Source of the DNA: Somniosus microcephalus | Taxonomy: Eukaryota | Reading direction: 5' to 3' | Assembly: GCA_052327205.1 (NCBI GenBank) | Contig: CM126234.1 | Span: 30,690,001 to 30,754,000, forward strand | DNA: 64,000 nt | Shown here: positions 1 to 29,219 of the stretch, in pieces | Layout: every line of letters starts with the position of its first letter | Position numbering within the stretch: position 1 is the stretch's first letter | Translations under genes and position numbers: made by a program | The notes under the pieces: model-generated | Database searches by the model: none | What the model was told of the DNA's origin: nothing | What the model saw: the letters and a program-made list of their open reading frames with translations, nothing else

Positions 1-300
1 AGCCTAATCCCACTTTCCAGCTCTTGGTCCGTAGCCCTGTGAGTTACGGCATTTCAAGTGCATATCCAAGTACTTTTTAAATGTGGTGAGGGTTTCTGCT
101 TCTACCACCCTTTCAGGCAGTGAGTTCCAGACCCTCGCCACCCTCCGGGTGAAAAAAGTTCTCCTCAACTCCCCTCTAATCCTTCTACCAATTACTTTAA
201 ATCTCTGCCCCCTGGTTATTGACCCCTCTGCTAAGGGAAATAGGTCCTTCCTATCCATTCGATCTAGGCCTCTCAATTTTATACACCTCAATTAAATCTC
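1..300 (-). mobile_element. CR1 LINE 3' fragment
   Basis: Translation LFPLAEGSITRGQRFK...FFTRRVARVWNSLPERVVEAETLTTFKKYLD is the typical CR1 ORF2 C-terminus. Confidence 0.88.
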
Positions 301-1449
301 CCCGCCTGTTCCCTTCCTCTTTCACCCTCTCAAACAATCTAATAGTGGTATGTCTCCATCTTTTTGGGTTTGTTCCCCTAGGTGTAGATCACCAACAGCA
401 ACTCGCCAGGAAAGAGCTGTCTGCTTTTATTAGTCTTCACTAACTTTTGCAACTACTGTGCTTTGAAAAGTTATTGCTTTCTAAATGTTTAACAATCCTC
501 CTGCATAATTTCAAACACTCAAATGGGAGTATACAGTTGTACATTCCTACTGCCTTTAACTTTTCTGACGGTTTCATTGCTTGTGAATCATGTAGTATCT
601 GGTCATTTTTCCCTCCCCCACTTCAAGTGTTGTAAATTTGAATGCCTTGTAAATTTTTAATACTGCTCTGCTGCAGTCTGAAGATTTCCCAGCTGAGTTG
701 CTGTTTGCTCTTTGAAGTCTGACACTTGCCTTACAGCTGCATCATATCCATGTATTTGTGGCTGAACCATATCTTTTGTTGTCGCTTTAAGGTTCCACTG
801 GCCATTTTGAGCCATGCAAATTGATGTGTAGGTTTGTGTTGAGGAAAACTAGGTATCGGGGCCCATGTGTGCTCTTCCCTCATTCTTTTGGCTTATTTCA
901 TCCCCATGTGATAACCCTCCCTTCTCTTTGCTTCCCCCCCCCCCCCCCCCCCACCCCACTCCTGCTGGGAGGCAAAAAAGAGAGCTGTATCCAATTTAGG
1001 GGCCGTCTCGCAAAAATATCCCCCGATGGACAATTTGGGAAAGCCCCATGAGGTCCCAAACACAATTATTTACTTCTACCTTCCAGATACTGAGTGCCTC
1101 TTTTTTTCTAGAAGTCTTCTGTTGCTTCCTTGATGGACTGTAAAGATTTGTTAGAATCATACAGCACAGGAGGAGGCCATTCAGCCCATCATGACTGTGC
1201 TAGCTGAGTATTTCATGGGACTCCTGTTCTTAACTTAAGTGGGTGGCCCCCAGTTCTACCTATTTCCCATCCCATCAAATACACTTTTTTTAATAAATAC
1301 TTGGATCAGATCAGACTACAAACCCAAGGCACTCTGATTTTTATACTGCAATGATATCTGGTGTGGGGGTCATCCTTGTTGCTCTTTATACCCGAGGCAC
1401 AATGTGTCTCCCGAGGTGGGGGGTTATGGTGTAATGCTGGCAGCAAACG

Positions 1450-1800
1450 GGTTTTGTGAAAACCGCACAAGACTGTGCATTTGCCAGATCGTCCTGCACC
1501 ATTTGTGCCTCTGCATTGATCCCACCAACAAGCACATCTTCCCCTGCTGTCTCCTTGCCACTTTCTGGCGGGGACTGTTCTCTTGGAGATACCCATATGC
1601 ATTGATCGTCGCCCTGACTTCCAGCTGCCCTTCCCTTGGCACTTTCCCAAAGTAGATGTAACATCTGTTGATCCAGCTGTTCACACACCGTTGTCCTGGA
1701 ACCCCACGCACGCACGCTCGGAGATGGCAATTTTGGGCACAAGCTCTAATCTAATATACTGTATTTTCTGCTCTGGGTGTGGCAGTCTCTACATTACGTA
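1450..1800 (+). mobile_element. Degenerate Penelope-like element fragment
   Basis: TSSNLIYCIFCSGCGSLYI resembles the GIY-YIG start of the better copy at 51.2-51.8 kb. Confidence 0.6.
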
Positions 1801-2119
1801 CAGAGAGGGTGAGGAAAGACCATCAGGCTCTTGAGTACTCCTTGTGTACCACCCCATGTAATAATACCTAAATGGAGGCAAAAACCTGGAGCAAACTTCA
1901 GGAAAATTCTGTGAAATGAGTTCCTGAATCCCTAAGGCAGTCAGGTTAGAGCCACGCAAACTTGGTACCCCATGATGCCGCACTAGACCTGCTTAACTAT
2001 AAGGTCCTTCGTGACCCTCTCTTTCTCCACCCCCGCCCCCCACCCACCCCCCAAAAAATGCTTGGGCGCATAGGACTACATCCTTCAATATCCTGGTCAG
2101 CTGAAAATTTGCCCATCAT

Positions 2120-2735
2120 CCACATATCCGTGCCATTACGAAGACCACCTATTATCATCGCCCGTCTCCGCCTCTCCTCAGCTCATCTGCTGAAACCCTC
2201 ATCCATGCCTTTGTTACCTCTAGACTCGACTATTCCAACTCGCTCCTGGCCGGCCTCTCGCATTCTACCCTACGTAAACCTGAGGTCATCCAAAACTCGG
2301 CTGCCTGTGTCCTCACTCGCACCAAGTCCTGTTCGCCCATCACCCCTGTGCTCGCTGACCTACATTGGCTAAGCAACGCTGTTTAAAAATAATCCTCCTC
2401 CTTGTTTTCAAATCTCTCAATGGCCTCTTCCCCTCCCCATCCTCTTGTCACCTTGTACAGCCCTCCGATCTCTGCGCTCCTCCAATTCTGGCCTCTTGTG
2501 CATCCCTGATTTTAATCGCTCCATCATTGGCGGCCGTGCCTTCAGCTGCCTGGGCCCTACGCTCTGGAATTCCCTCCCTAAACCTTTCCGGCTCCTTTTC
2601 AGACACTCCTTAAAACCTACCTCTTTGACCATCTGCTCTAATATGTGGCTTGGTGTTAAATTTTATTTGATCACGCTCCTGTGAAGTGCCTTGTGACGTT
2701 TTTACTACGTTAAAGGCGCTATATAAATACAAGTT
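2120..2735 (+). mobile_element. L2-clade LINE 3' fragment
   Basis: ETLIHAFVTSRLDYSN...GGRAFSCLGPTLWNSLP, plus the tail ggcgctatataaatacaagtt. Confidence 0.88.
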
Positions 2736-3799
2736 AAATTGTGTAACTCCTCTTGTAATTGAGCTGTTCCACATATTTGGCACCCTCTGTGAAGTGCTAT
2801 CTTACTTGAGCCCATGCTCCCACCCTATAGCTACCTATTCTCTTTAGGATTTTGAATGTCAACCCCCTTTTTTTAAATGTACCCAGTATCTGCAGTGTTT
2901 TCTCCGAGCTCACGTGCCCAGTCCCATTTACCCTTTGTACTCTTTCTCCAAAGCAAAGGATGTTTGTTCTCTCTTCCCTCCCCGGGTGATACGGTGCCCG
3001 GCACTCTAGTATTCGAGGTGAGGCGCGTCCTACTGCTTTATATGCACGCGTTCATACCCTGGAATTTGTGCTGTATCTCTCGAGCTATACGTCTTAAGAT
3101 CGCATTTGCCTTTTTCAGCACTCCATGTAGTGCTGACTGTTTTGGTGTGTGTTTCTACTAAAACTCTCCAGATCCCCCTTCTGTGTCATTTCCTGTAGAC
3201 TGTTCCCATTTTTTTGTACTACCAATTATTTGTTTCCTTTTTCCAGTTTCATGACTTAACATTTCTCAAGTACAGTCATTTCCTGTGTGGTGAGTCAAAG
3301 GCTTTGCTCAAATTTTACGAATGTCATGTATTTAGTTAACCAGGGTAATTCAGTAGATTTAAAAGGGTCAAGCATAATCTACCTGTAAATCCATTAACTT
3401 TCTTTCAGTTTCTCCATTCTGTCTTTAGGACACTTTTTCTATGATTTGCTCAAGTGATGACGAACTCACAGGTCTATCGTTCTCCTTCTGTCCTTTCTTT
3501 ATAAATTGGAGCCACATTTGCCTCTTGGACATTGGTCCCTTGGTACAACTCCTGTATTTAGTGATTCCCTTCGATGTGTCGTCTTCATTTGCTGCCTCTT
3601 TGGCCTATTGTAGTTTGTCCGGGCTTGGAACCCTTGCTTTCTGTGTCATCAGTCTACTTATCGCCCCTTTGTGGGCGACTGCCAGATCCGTGTTTTCTTT
3701 GTCTTGCATTAAATCCAATCCATATGGGGAAGGCTTTCCTCGCTTGTAAACTCATTTGTAAACCCTGATGAAGTAAAGGACATTCTTTGATCATTTGTC

Positions 3800-4005
3800 A
3801 AGTGAGCTCCCTCCAGAGTTCCACCGTTTCCGTTTGTTACCTGTATCCCCCGAATATGTTTGGGACGATATACTTGCAAATTGGGCGACTGCTTTGCCGA
3901 ACAACTGCACTCTGTCCAGAAGTGTGCCTGGAACTTGTTGTTTCAACATCCCTGCCACTCTGGCACTTCAGTCTTTGACATCTTACACTGTTCCAACTTC
4001 AAGGT
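3800..4005 (+). mobile_element. Degenerate Penelope-like GIY-YIG fragment
   Basis: KLGDCFAEQLHSV resembles RLGDRFAEHLRSV. Confidence 0.55.
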
Positions 4006-5039
4006 AAGAATACTTTTTTTTGCCTGTGATTTAAAAACTTAATCCCTGCTTGATTATATCTTCTCTCTCCTTTTCTTCCCCCCCCCCCCCACCCCCCCCC
4101 AAACGCACTCTTGCAGCCCTTATTTCCTTGCATCTGCAGCCTTTTTTTAAAAATGGCTTGTGCACAGTATTTTCTGGGGTTATTTTTCTTAACAGTACGA
4201 TGTATTTGTCAAAAGTTGCAGCATCAGACAGGGAAGCTAGGGTGATAATCTAATCTTTTTTTTCAACCAAACAGCCTGGTTTTTCAGGGGTGGCAGGCTG
4301 GTAATTTTTGAAGAATGAGAACTGGACAATAAAAGCTTTCAACTGCTGCATATCAGACTCTACAAACCGGAGTCCTCTGTTTTTGAGGTTGCGGTGGGCC
4401 TGCACGCAGTCACGTTTGTAAATGCCTGGCCCCCGTTGGGTATTGGGCGAGGCAAACGGCAGCAGATCTGAGGCAAACGCTGTTGTGGAGTAGTGTGGGA
4501 AATGTAAATCCAGTGCGAGCTGCATTTCTGTCCCCCAGGCAGAAGTGATTCCACTTTCATGTTGCAGTATTCCAAGAGCAAGGTGCCCAGTTTCTACTTC
4601 TTTGATCAGAGTCCTGAGGGGGCGAGCTAAACTAATGAGCTGTCTGTGGCGTTTGTTTGGGAGGAGAAGCGGCCATGTTCTGTCCCTACATTCCTAATGC
4701 TAAGCCCTGATGTCAGACTTAATAAAAGACTCGAGTCAGACTGTAATTAAAGAGCAAGTCAGGGAGGAGCCACATTGTACACCAGATGCTGGGCATCTTT
4801 GTGGTATAGCAATTTGTAATATTTTTTTAATTGTCTTTGTGGCTTTTTAAATGAATATTTTTGGAGTGTGTCAGTACACTCACTGCATCCTGGGAGGGGT
4901 GGGGACACAGGCTCTCTGTGTTTATATTGTTCAAATCAGCGCTCAGTCCTGGGCAAGTGAAGTGCGAAACCTCTCGCAGGAACAAAGAAATGGAACACAA
5001 GTCGACTCCTTTGCTGCTGTCCTTTTAAATAGCTTGATT

Positions 5040-5640
5040 TGAAGGGGAAAACAGAAGCCCAATGGAAACTGTTCAAACACCCAGATGATACCAAACTGGG
5101 GGATGGGAGGGTTACAGTTGAATGTAAAAAGGCAGTGAAAGATCTACAAAACAAGTTAGAATGTGCCGGTGAGCTGACAAATAGCAGATGAAATTCAGTC
5201 TGGATAAATGTAACTTTTTTAATTGCTGGCCTGTACTAGTGAAGCTGAAGATACTGATGGTCAACATGTCCTGAAACTTTTTTGTTGCAGGAAGTAATGC
5301 TCAAGCTGTACAGTGTGCTTGACCATTTCTTGTTCTTGTCATTGAAACACAAAGGGAATCATTCAAGCTGTGGAGGCAGTGCAGAGAAGCGCAATCTCCG
5401 ATCCCTAACATCAGAGGACTGAGCTGAGGAAAGGAGGGGGAAAACTAGCCTTTCAGCCTTGAGTGACTTGGTGTATGATCTAATAAATGGTATTGAGAAG
5501 GTATATCCAGAACACTACTTTAAGATGAACAGTGACAGTAGGACAAGGGGCACAGGTTCAAACTAATGAAGGGTAAATTTAGTACTGATGTCAACATGTG
5601 GAATGGGCTTCCAGGTACGATGGCAGTGGAGCGAACACTA
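5040..5640 (+). mobile_element. Old CR1 LINE remnant
   Basis: Degenerate CR1 RT motifs (cagatgataccaaactgggg, RTRGHRFKL, MWNGLP). Confidence 0.6.
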
Positions 5641-8469
5641 ATTGTTTACAATTGGATGCTGTGATTGGGAGAGGGAGTGGTGCTGTCCGTTATTTGCTCT
5701 GCTTTCTTCCCCCCCCCCCCCCCCCCCCCCCGGCCACCCTCCATTGATCTTGTGACCAACAGAAATATAACAAAATGAAGGGACCAGTCGAGTCTTATTT
5801 CCAGCAATAAGTCACAGTTTCTGTCAAAGTAACCTTTTCCGTGTCGCACTGCAAAATAATGTGTCCAGTTCAATTGTTCTGCAATCTTATTCTCTCCACG
5901 TTAATTTTCAATGTTCTGATCATGACCATATAATTATCTTTAAATATTTCATGTCCTGAATTATTGTCTCATTGCATCTGTAGTTTGCCTTCAATTATTT
6001 TACCTCCTCAATGGGTCTTATTTTCTTTAGGGACTATTTTTTATTGAATACCAGAACAACAATTTTTTTTAACCTCCCCAAGAACCATCCTAGGCACTGG
6101 TGTTTTGGAGTTTGGCGCACCTGGTATTTTCAAGGTGAGCAATGGAGCTGTATTGGGCTTTCCAAGCTGTTCAACAGAAGTCATAAAATCCCTGTGGTGT
6201 GAAGGGCAGCTGAGGTGGAGAAAAATTTATTACCGTAGTAGAGCCTGAGATCGGGTGGGGAGGGGGGTGCACATGGCATTTAAGAGGCTTTAAAGCTAAA
6301 ATGCAGGTATTTAACGTTAACCATCAACAGAGTGCCAAATTACAAAATCTGACGCATAAACTAATCGGACATCCCTGCTAGCTTCCCCCCTGCTAGCTCC
6401 CCCAGGCTACCATTCTTAATGTGCGGGGGGTTGTGTGTGGCTGGGCCTCGCTGTTTTCATCTTTCTTCCCCCCCCCCCCCAAATAAAAAGCAGTGATCTC
6501 CTATTGGAGTATTGGGGGTTCTTGCCCCCTCCCCAGGAAGCAGTACTCCAATATAAGCAAATCATAAATTAGTTTCAATCATTTCATCCCCCTTTCATGT
6601 CCTGGGAAAGAGTTGAGGAAATAAAACTTTTCTCATTTTGCAGTTAATCCTGGCTTTTGGAACTAAGGTGAGGAGAATCTTGAGTGTTCCTTTTTTGGAG
6701 TGATCACTCACTGCCCTGCTAGCGTGTGTTTGTCTGTTCCACTCCAGGTTTAACTAATCCCTCGTGTTACTCTTTGGGCATCCACCCACAAACAATAGAC
6801 TGGACATTCTGAACTGTTGTGGGTGGATGTGTCTAATCAAGGACTATAGGTAAGTTTTATATTAAACTGAGATTTAGGCCTGTGAAAAGAACAAATATTG
6901 AAGCTTGTTGGAGTGGTTTTTCCAGTCTCTCTCTGCATTTTACACATTACTGGTGTCGTCTCGTTTTCGATCATTTTTCCACTGCAGTCTTCCTCAGGCC
7001 ACTCGGACACTTTGCTTCTTTCCACATGACTGGCATCTGTCAGCTGAATCACAAGCTGGTGATTTTTTTTTCTTGGGCAGGTGAGGGAAATGGGTCCAGG
7101 GACGCAATCTACAAGGAATGAGGCGATGTGTCATGGAAGCCAAGTTCCATCCTGCTTTGTGCTATTGTGTGCTTTTATTCTCCATTTTTATGATTTACAG
7201 TGAAATGTGAGTGATTTTTGAACGAATGACTTAAATGGAAACTCTCACCTGTTGAGAATGGGATCGGGCTGTCTGCAAGAAAGCAGACTAGATTGATCTG
7301 CTAATTATATATGGTGCAGTCAATGCATTGTCTCCAGTATCCAGCAGTTCCTGGGGATGTGCAAACATTTGCTAATCAATTACAGTACCTCTATGCTCCA
7401 GACACTCCATTGTGTCTTTGATCTGCCTTGAGTGACAGTTTAGTATCCAGGGTCCCCAAGGCTGCGATCGAATCTGCTTTCACCACTTCCACAATCCACT
7501 GAGATGAACCATATTGTCAGTCGCTGGGATGAGATGGAACTCCGTGAACCAAGGTGTGCACTTGAGTAAAAACGCAACCGAGGCTTTGCTTAAAGTAGGG
7601 GTGTTCAACCTTTTGAGCCACGTGGATCTGTTCCCTGCTGTTTTGGTGGCCCTCCTCTGCTTCTGCACCCACTGCTGGTAGGCCTGGCCTGGAAGCTGCT
7701 TCCTGATTGGTGCACTTAGACCAGTGAAGGAACAGCATTTTTGCACTAATCAGGAAGCCGTTTTTCTGAAGTTTGGACGTTGAAACCACGCGGTGACGCC
7801 AATATTGCACGCAAACAAAGGAAATGTGAGCCGGGTTGAAGAAGCTCGTGTTCCAGACTACCAGCTTGAAGGCCTAAATTGCAAAATGTTTGAACTCAAA
7901 CAATTTATGTATCACCAAGAAGTTAAATACTGGATTGCTAATTTTATCTGATGACTTGTGTGTGTTTCTTTCTCACAATAAACAATTTGTAGCTTAGCCT
8001 GAAATATGATGTTTTTCCTCCCCCCCCCCCCCCCCAACCTATCCTGAGGTGAGGAGTGTACTGTGGCCCTTGTACTATATCCAGTCTAACCCAGTGGCAA
8101 ATGTAGATTATTGGCACTGAGGCACAATGCATCCCATTCACTACATGTGCAAGATTTGTGTTTCAACTCGTGGTGCGGGCCTGCTTATGGGAAATGTCCC
8201 TCTTCATTGAGCATCAGGAGATGGCTCATTGCAGCAAGGGGCTAGAGGGAGAGAAAAACCTAACCCAAAATGTAGCCCCTCTAGCTTCTGTTCCAAGGCT
8301 GTGGATATTGGAACTGAAAAATGGGGTGAAGCAGTCATGTAGAACTTTTAGCATCAAATTTTATTTAAAATAAGAGGAACTTGACAGTAAAAAGGGTTGG
8401 ACATTGGGAAGACTAAAGTTATAGTTTTGGCCCCTGGAGGTGGGTTGGGGGGAACTCTATTCCCTTGCC

Positions 8470-9030
8470 ACCAACTCCATCCTCTCAGGCTGTGAGAAAC
8501 CTCAGGGTTGTGTTTGATCCCTAGAGTTGAGCTTCATACCCTGTGTCCTATCTACCACCACTTACTATTGTCTGCCTGTGGTCCTAACTTGCTTCCACTG
8601 CAGCTGCAACCCTTATCCACACCTCTTGGCACCTATAGACACTCACCTCAAACACTGCCACCTGCATTCAGCCCCACTTGTCCATTATTGCTGATTTCTG
8701 CACTGGATTTTCCCACCCCAAAATCCTTCTCCTGATCCACAAATCTCGGGCTTTTTCTTTTTTGTTGTTGCATTCCTCCCTTGCTCTCTGCTCCACTCCT
8801 GAACCTTTTCACGTGCCTGCACCCTGCTCAGCCACTGGTGACCAAGCCTTCAGCTCTTTCTACCCTGCCCTCGCACTTCTCTCTGCTTTTAAAACCCCAG
8901 ACTGTTCAAAACTCCTTGTTGACCAAGGTTTCAACCACTGCCCCCTCCCACTCTGTGTATTCATTCCTTTTATTCTTCTGAAGCACCTTGCCCTTGGGAC
9001 TTTTCCATGTTAACTTGCATTTACATAGCA
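8470..9030 (+). mobile_element. Old L2 remnant
   Basis: Degenerate similarity to the L2 copies at 2.1, 42.3 and 60.4 kb. Confidence 0.5.
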
Positions 9031-10024
9031 CCTTTACACTATCCTCTCCACAGCAAGCCTGCTTCACTGAAAAGGGGAGGTATAAATGGAGCAGGAACAT
9101 GCAATCAATCCCTCCATGAGATTTCAATACTCTGTTGAAGGAGTGTTCAACCTTGGACCACTTGCAGCCCAACAAGCCCTGGCAATCCATCCCTCAAAGC
9201 CAAGGCAACTCTGCTCTATTCACACCTATCTCTTGTGTGCAGGTGTGTCCTGTTTGAATTTTGCAGGCCTGGAGGCTTGGAAAGGGCTGTTCTTGGTGTC
9301 GTTGCCTCATTGCAGAATCGATCCTAACTGAGAATACCAAGACCTGTTGGTGTCAGTAATTTGAGAGATGTGTACATTAATGGGAGCGTGGATTATATGT
9401 GGCCCCTGCAACTCTGGTATTCACCTTTACAACTCTCAAAGACAAAATGCTTGGGCACCCTTGCTTTATGGGTTCACTAGCTTTGAGTCGGTCTTGCAGT
9501 ATCTAGAGAGAGGGCATTGCTTTAAGAAGTGGTTTTTCGATCCATTCCAAATTTGCTGTACTACAGACTTGATATGTAGCTCATAGATATGTGCCTTGCT
9601 CTATCAGAATTATTACAGCATGGGACGACTCCACTTTTTGGGCGGAAAACAAGTTTTTTAGTAACCTGCAGATTCAGGCGCTAATGCTGGTTCCATGCCT
9701 GCTCTCTTGCTAAAGTGGTGGCAATGAAAAGCTGTAAGTGAGTGGCCAACTGAAGGTGAACATGAAAATTAAAGCTACATGAAGAGTGTATCCTAATTAG
9801 TCAACCGTTACAAATTCAGACATGCGTTCTAATCATTGCCAGATGCATCGGGCCAGATCTCCCTTTACCCTGGTTGATGTTGATGCAGGTGTAACTTTGA
9901 TGTGGGGAAAAATAGCCCACATTAAACAGAAGACGAATTGTGTTAGCATTTTAAAGTGTTGCTTGCTTTGATGTGGAGATGTATTCATTAATGTTGAATC
10001 TGGCTCTGTTTGCACTTCATGCAG

Positions 10025-25110
<15,086 letters not shown>

Positions 25111-27407
25111 ATACTGTGGCTATGGGTGATTTACATGACGTTTTAATTGGTGACTGGCTTTGTGGTTCATAGGTGTCGGCATCAGCTCAGAACTTCCTGT
25201 TGTAAAGTGGTTTATTCTAAGTGCCTGTATTAATGTGAACTTTATTTTGAAAAGAAAAACTTGGTAAGTTGATTATATTTGGAGTAAGAAGAGAGATGAT
25301 TGCTACTTTGTAATTTTAAAGTTAATTGCATTGTTAATGTACACTATATGCACATGTAGAGTGCCTAAAATAGTGCTCGTGTATACTTCAAATCCTACTC
25401 TCATGCCACTGGTCATGCCAGGCAACCTCCAAAAGGTACACTTTGGAAAGATCCTAGTAGTGCCAAGCAACTAAAAAGAATGGGTGTGGAATCAAGATTT
25501 GAACGAACTGGATGTGGTGGAGTGCTAATGTGAGGGCATGGGTTCTTGTCTGATGCCAATCTTGAGCATCCTCCACTAACCGGGCAGGGGGAGATTGGGT
25601 TTCAAAACACTAGATAACTTTCTGGCTAAGCTGAAGGTTATAACTGAACTCTGTTCCACATCGTATTCACTTCACTCTTTTTAATGCCCCCTCCACATAG
25701 TCTCCCAATGTTTGTCATAGAAAGGATGTATTGAGCTGATCAAGAAATAATGGAAGCTTTCAAGAACCAGAGGGTGTGCCAGTACACCTTGATTACTAAT
25801 AGCAGAGGAGCAAAAAAGGATGTCTTGAGTTGAAGGTAGCTGGGCATCCTCTACCTTGTTGCCATGCACTTGCCTACATATGAATCCTGAAATGAAAGGG
25901 TATTGGAGGCTGTGCTGTAATTTGGTTCCCTGTGTACTTTGAAAATGGAGCCCATTCATTGACGTCCTGCTAGATTGAGTGCATTCAGCTGGCAAGGCCG
26001 GGTGGTCCCTCCATTGCAATAGCTGAGCGACAGAATGGTCCTAACTTCAAACCCTTTCTGTAAACGAGCTGCTTTAACAGACTTTCCAACTCTTGTAGTT
26101 CCAAAGCTGGTTCCAAAAATCAAAGGGAAGACTTGATGTAATCTTGTCATTTTAAACATTTCCATGTTTCTTTTTAGACTTGTGTAACTGATTCTAGCGA
26201 GATGAAAATGGAAGCATTAGAATAACACCACTTTAATTGCAGCGTTGTGGGCTGTAAACCTGACTTTAGTCTTCAAACATTGTAAATTCTTCAATCTGGC
26301 TTTGTTCCCACCCTCCAATTCAGTTTTAGAATTTCTTGGACCTAATGCTATATGATTTTATACATAATTGTTTTTACATACCGACAGCACATATATGTGG
26401 GGACATGATGCTGCTGAAAATATTAAGTGATGTGATCTTATATATATATATAACTATTTTAGATGAAGTGAAGAATTAGGTAATAAATTTGTGCTATGGT
26501 TTCTGGAGCAATACGATTTTAATCTTCTGACATTCCAATACACTCAAACACTGCACAATATTGCTTTCTTGGTGATGTTGAATATACCACTACAGCCTGC
26601 TGGCACTCTTGGTTGGTTTAAGGTGATTTAAACTGCACCGGTAAAGTCAGTCTTTTTATTACATTACACTTGACGTTTTTCAATGATGATTTTCACTTTA
26701 CTGCAGGTAAATAGTTACTGTGGACCTGTCATAGCTTTAATGTTCAACCCTATGACTCAGCCATTTAATTGTAATCAAGAATACACTGATGCAAAGCTTG
26801 CCTGTGGGTCTTCCTCTCCCTCCCTCCCCCCCCCCCCCCCCCTTCATGGTAAGGATGTTGGCGCTGGGGAATTGGAATACTTTCCCACTTTGAGTGTCCT
26901 TGTTGAGACGACCAGATGCTAAGTAAATCTCCAACCATGTGTGTTGCTCCGAATAGCACATTTTACTTAGTTTTTCCATATCTTGACACCAGCCATCCTC
27001 AACTGGCTGTCTGCCAGTTCAGTGTTAAACTGGGGCCTGTTCCATGTTGTGGCTCCATGCCTCAGCGATCAGAAGCTGAGACTACTCAAAACTCAATTTT
27101 CGAAGACTCCTGCAGCCAGCAGATGAAGTAAGATTTTTCATCCCATTAATCCAGGCTGGAATCCAACCAAGTCCCAGCAATGTATGGATAGTGCATTAGC
27201 CTCCTGCACCCCTAGTTCTCTTGTCCATTGATTCTTGTACAAAGAAACTTTGAGCAGCTTCGAAACATTCAAAGTAACCAAATGTAGAGAAGTGAATGAT
27301 GTAGTAAAAGGAATGACTTGACCAATGCTGGTGACTTTTTCAAAACTCTATTTTACAGTCGTGTATTGTCTGTGTCGTGATTTCTTTCTGTTTAGCATGT
27401 AATGAAT

Positions 27408-27413
27408 AATAAA
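27408..27413 (+). terminator. Probable distal poly(A) signal of LIMA1 (an alternative AATAAA lies at about 26482)
   Basis: AATAAA after about 2.3 kb of AT-rich, nearly TE-free 3'UTR-like sequence with upstream TGTA motifs. Confidence 0.45.
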
Positions 27414-29219
27414 CTCTTTAGTATAAAGATTATTGCACAAATGTCTCTTTTCCACTTTGTATCCAATGATGACACTGAGCTCCAGTCTGAGAGCTTGAGC
27501 CTGGTACATTGCCAGGATAAACATGTTGGAAGGTTTGCAATTTGCTTTGACCCCAGGATCAACACAACACACCAGCATACTTACCCACCGGGATCTAATG
27601 CTCAAGTTAAGAAGATCCTCATTTTTTGGATTTGTGTACAAGCTTTGAAATTACTGTAGACTAATGTTTGACTGGAAGTTCTCATCATTCAGCAGCTTCT
27701 GCAGATATTGCACCATTCAATGTTTTTGGGATCTGTACAAAATGTTTTAAAGGGAGGGATGCTTTATGGGGTAGCAGGTTCAGTACTGTACCGTACAGTT
27801 GGGTGCAGGTCTGTGGGGACATGAGGTGCCAAACAAGGAGAAATTTGCAAGGGAGTGGGGACTAATTGGATCGCTCTTTCAAAGAGCTGGCACGGTCACA
27901 ATGGACCGCATGGCGGCCTCCTGTGCTGTATCATTCTAACATTTACTTTACAGTTGGTGACTTTTGTTGGCGTGTGGTTGCTAGTAGCCCTGTGGTTCTT
28001 TGCTCAGATGGCCATCTGTTGTGTGAAACTAAAAGGTCTTTGGGCATCGGAGCCAGGCTCCCTTTCCTCATCTGACCTTCATGCACACTTCCAGCAGGAG
28101 CCACTGGTTAGTGAGCAGGAGTACCCTGTCGTTCCACCCCCCCCCCCCCCCCCCCCACTTTTTTTTTAAAAATAAATAATAATATAAAATAAATCCCACA
28201 GGTCATCTGATCACGTGAATAAATAGGAGGCTGAATTGTGACGAGGACAAACCCCTTCCCATTTAGTGTCCAGGATTATTTTTTTCATGACTTGTGCAAT
28301 TGGTGTGATTCAGGTGCCTGTCTTCCTCGGCTGCTAGTCTCCTAATAATGAATACCAGATCATTTATTCCTTCAAGTCACTATTGACTCTTTCATACTAC
28401 TGAGTCAGCCCAGAAAGGTCAGCACAACTGATGTAATAGTTTGACTGAACTTGCTTTTCTCGTTGTATGAGATGTACAATCCTCTTCGTTCCTCCTGTGA
28501 GCTTTCATTGTGGTGTCCTCCTTTTACACTTACATAAAATCTTGGTGGAGGAGGGTGGGGATTTTTTTTTTTTAAAAAGTAGTGGAGAACAAACCTGTTT
28601 CTCCTGAAGTGGGTGCACTAATGCAGGTTGCTGCACGTTTTGGAGGGTGTGTTATTCACTGAACGTCTCTAGAAGATGGATTGGAGTGTTAAATCAGGTA
28701 TATTTCTCTCTCTAGCCCCGTGGCTTCCCATGGAACTTTGAGGCTTCATGTTGCATGAAAAAAAACATGCACCACTCTCTGGTTATAGAAGTTCTATTTT
28801 ACCATTCACCCAAGTAAAATGATTAAATCCTGTCCAGAGTGGGATGGATTTAAGATCCAAGAGGTGGTTAGACAGATTATGAACCTACTGCACTACCCAG
28901 CTCGCGCGCCCCCCCCCCCCCCCCCTGAGTTGTGGTGACCATGCAGCAGTGTTGGAAATTCTAGAGTAGGATAGCATTTCAATTTGTAGGACATGTTTTC
29001 CTAGGTTGATGCCATCATGTAGCACGCTGCATATGCTCCCAAGTGGAGCGGTCAGACTATGGTCTGCATCTGCATTATCGACGGATTACCAGCCGTGTAA
29101 TGGGAGTTAGCGGTGCCTCTCCATAACTCAAATGAAAATGTCACCTTTTTGCACAAGTGCACAGTATTGCCGTCTATTGCGTCACACATCATTACTGGTC
29201 CCGTGGTTAACTTTATAAA

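Noticed and set aside
1087-1143. ccag|ATACTGAGTGCC as the missing upstream LIMA1 exon (ILRAQ...)
   Set aside because: The match is only superficial, with no KISENS-like motif, a weak donor and a nearby in-frame stop; that exon is probably upstream of the window.
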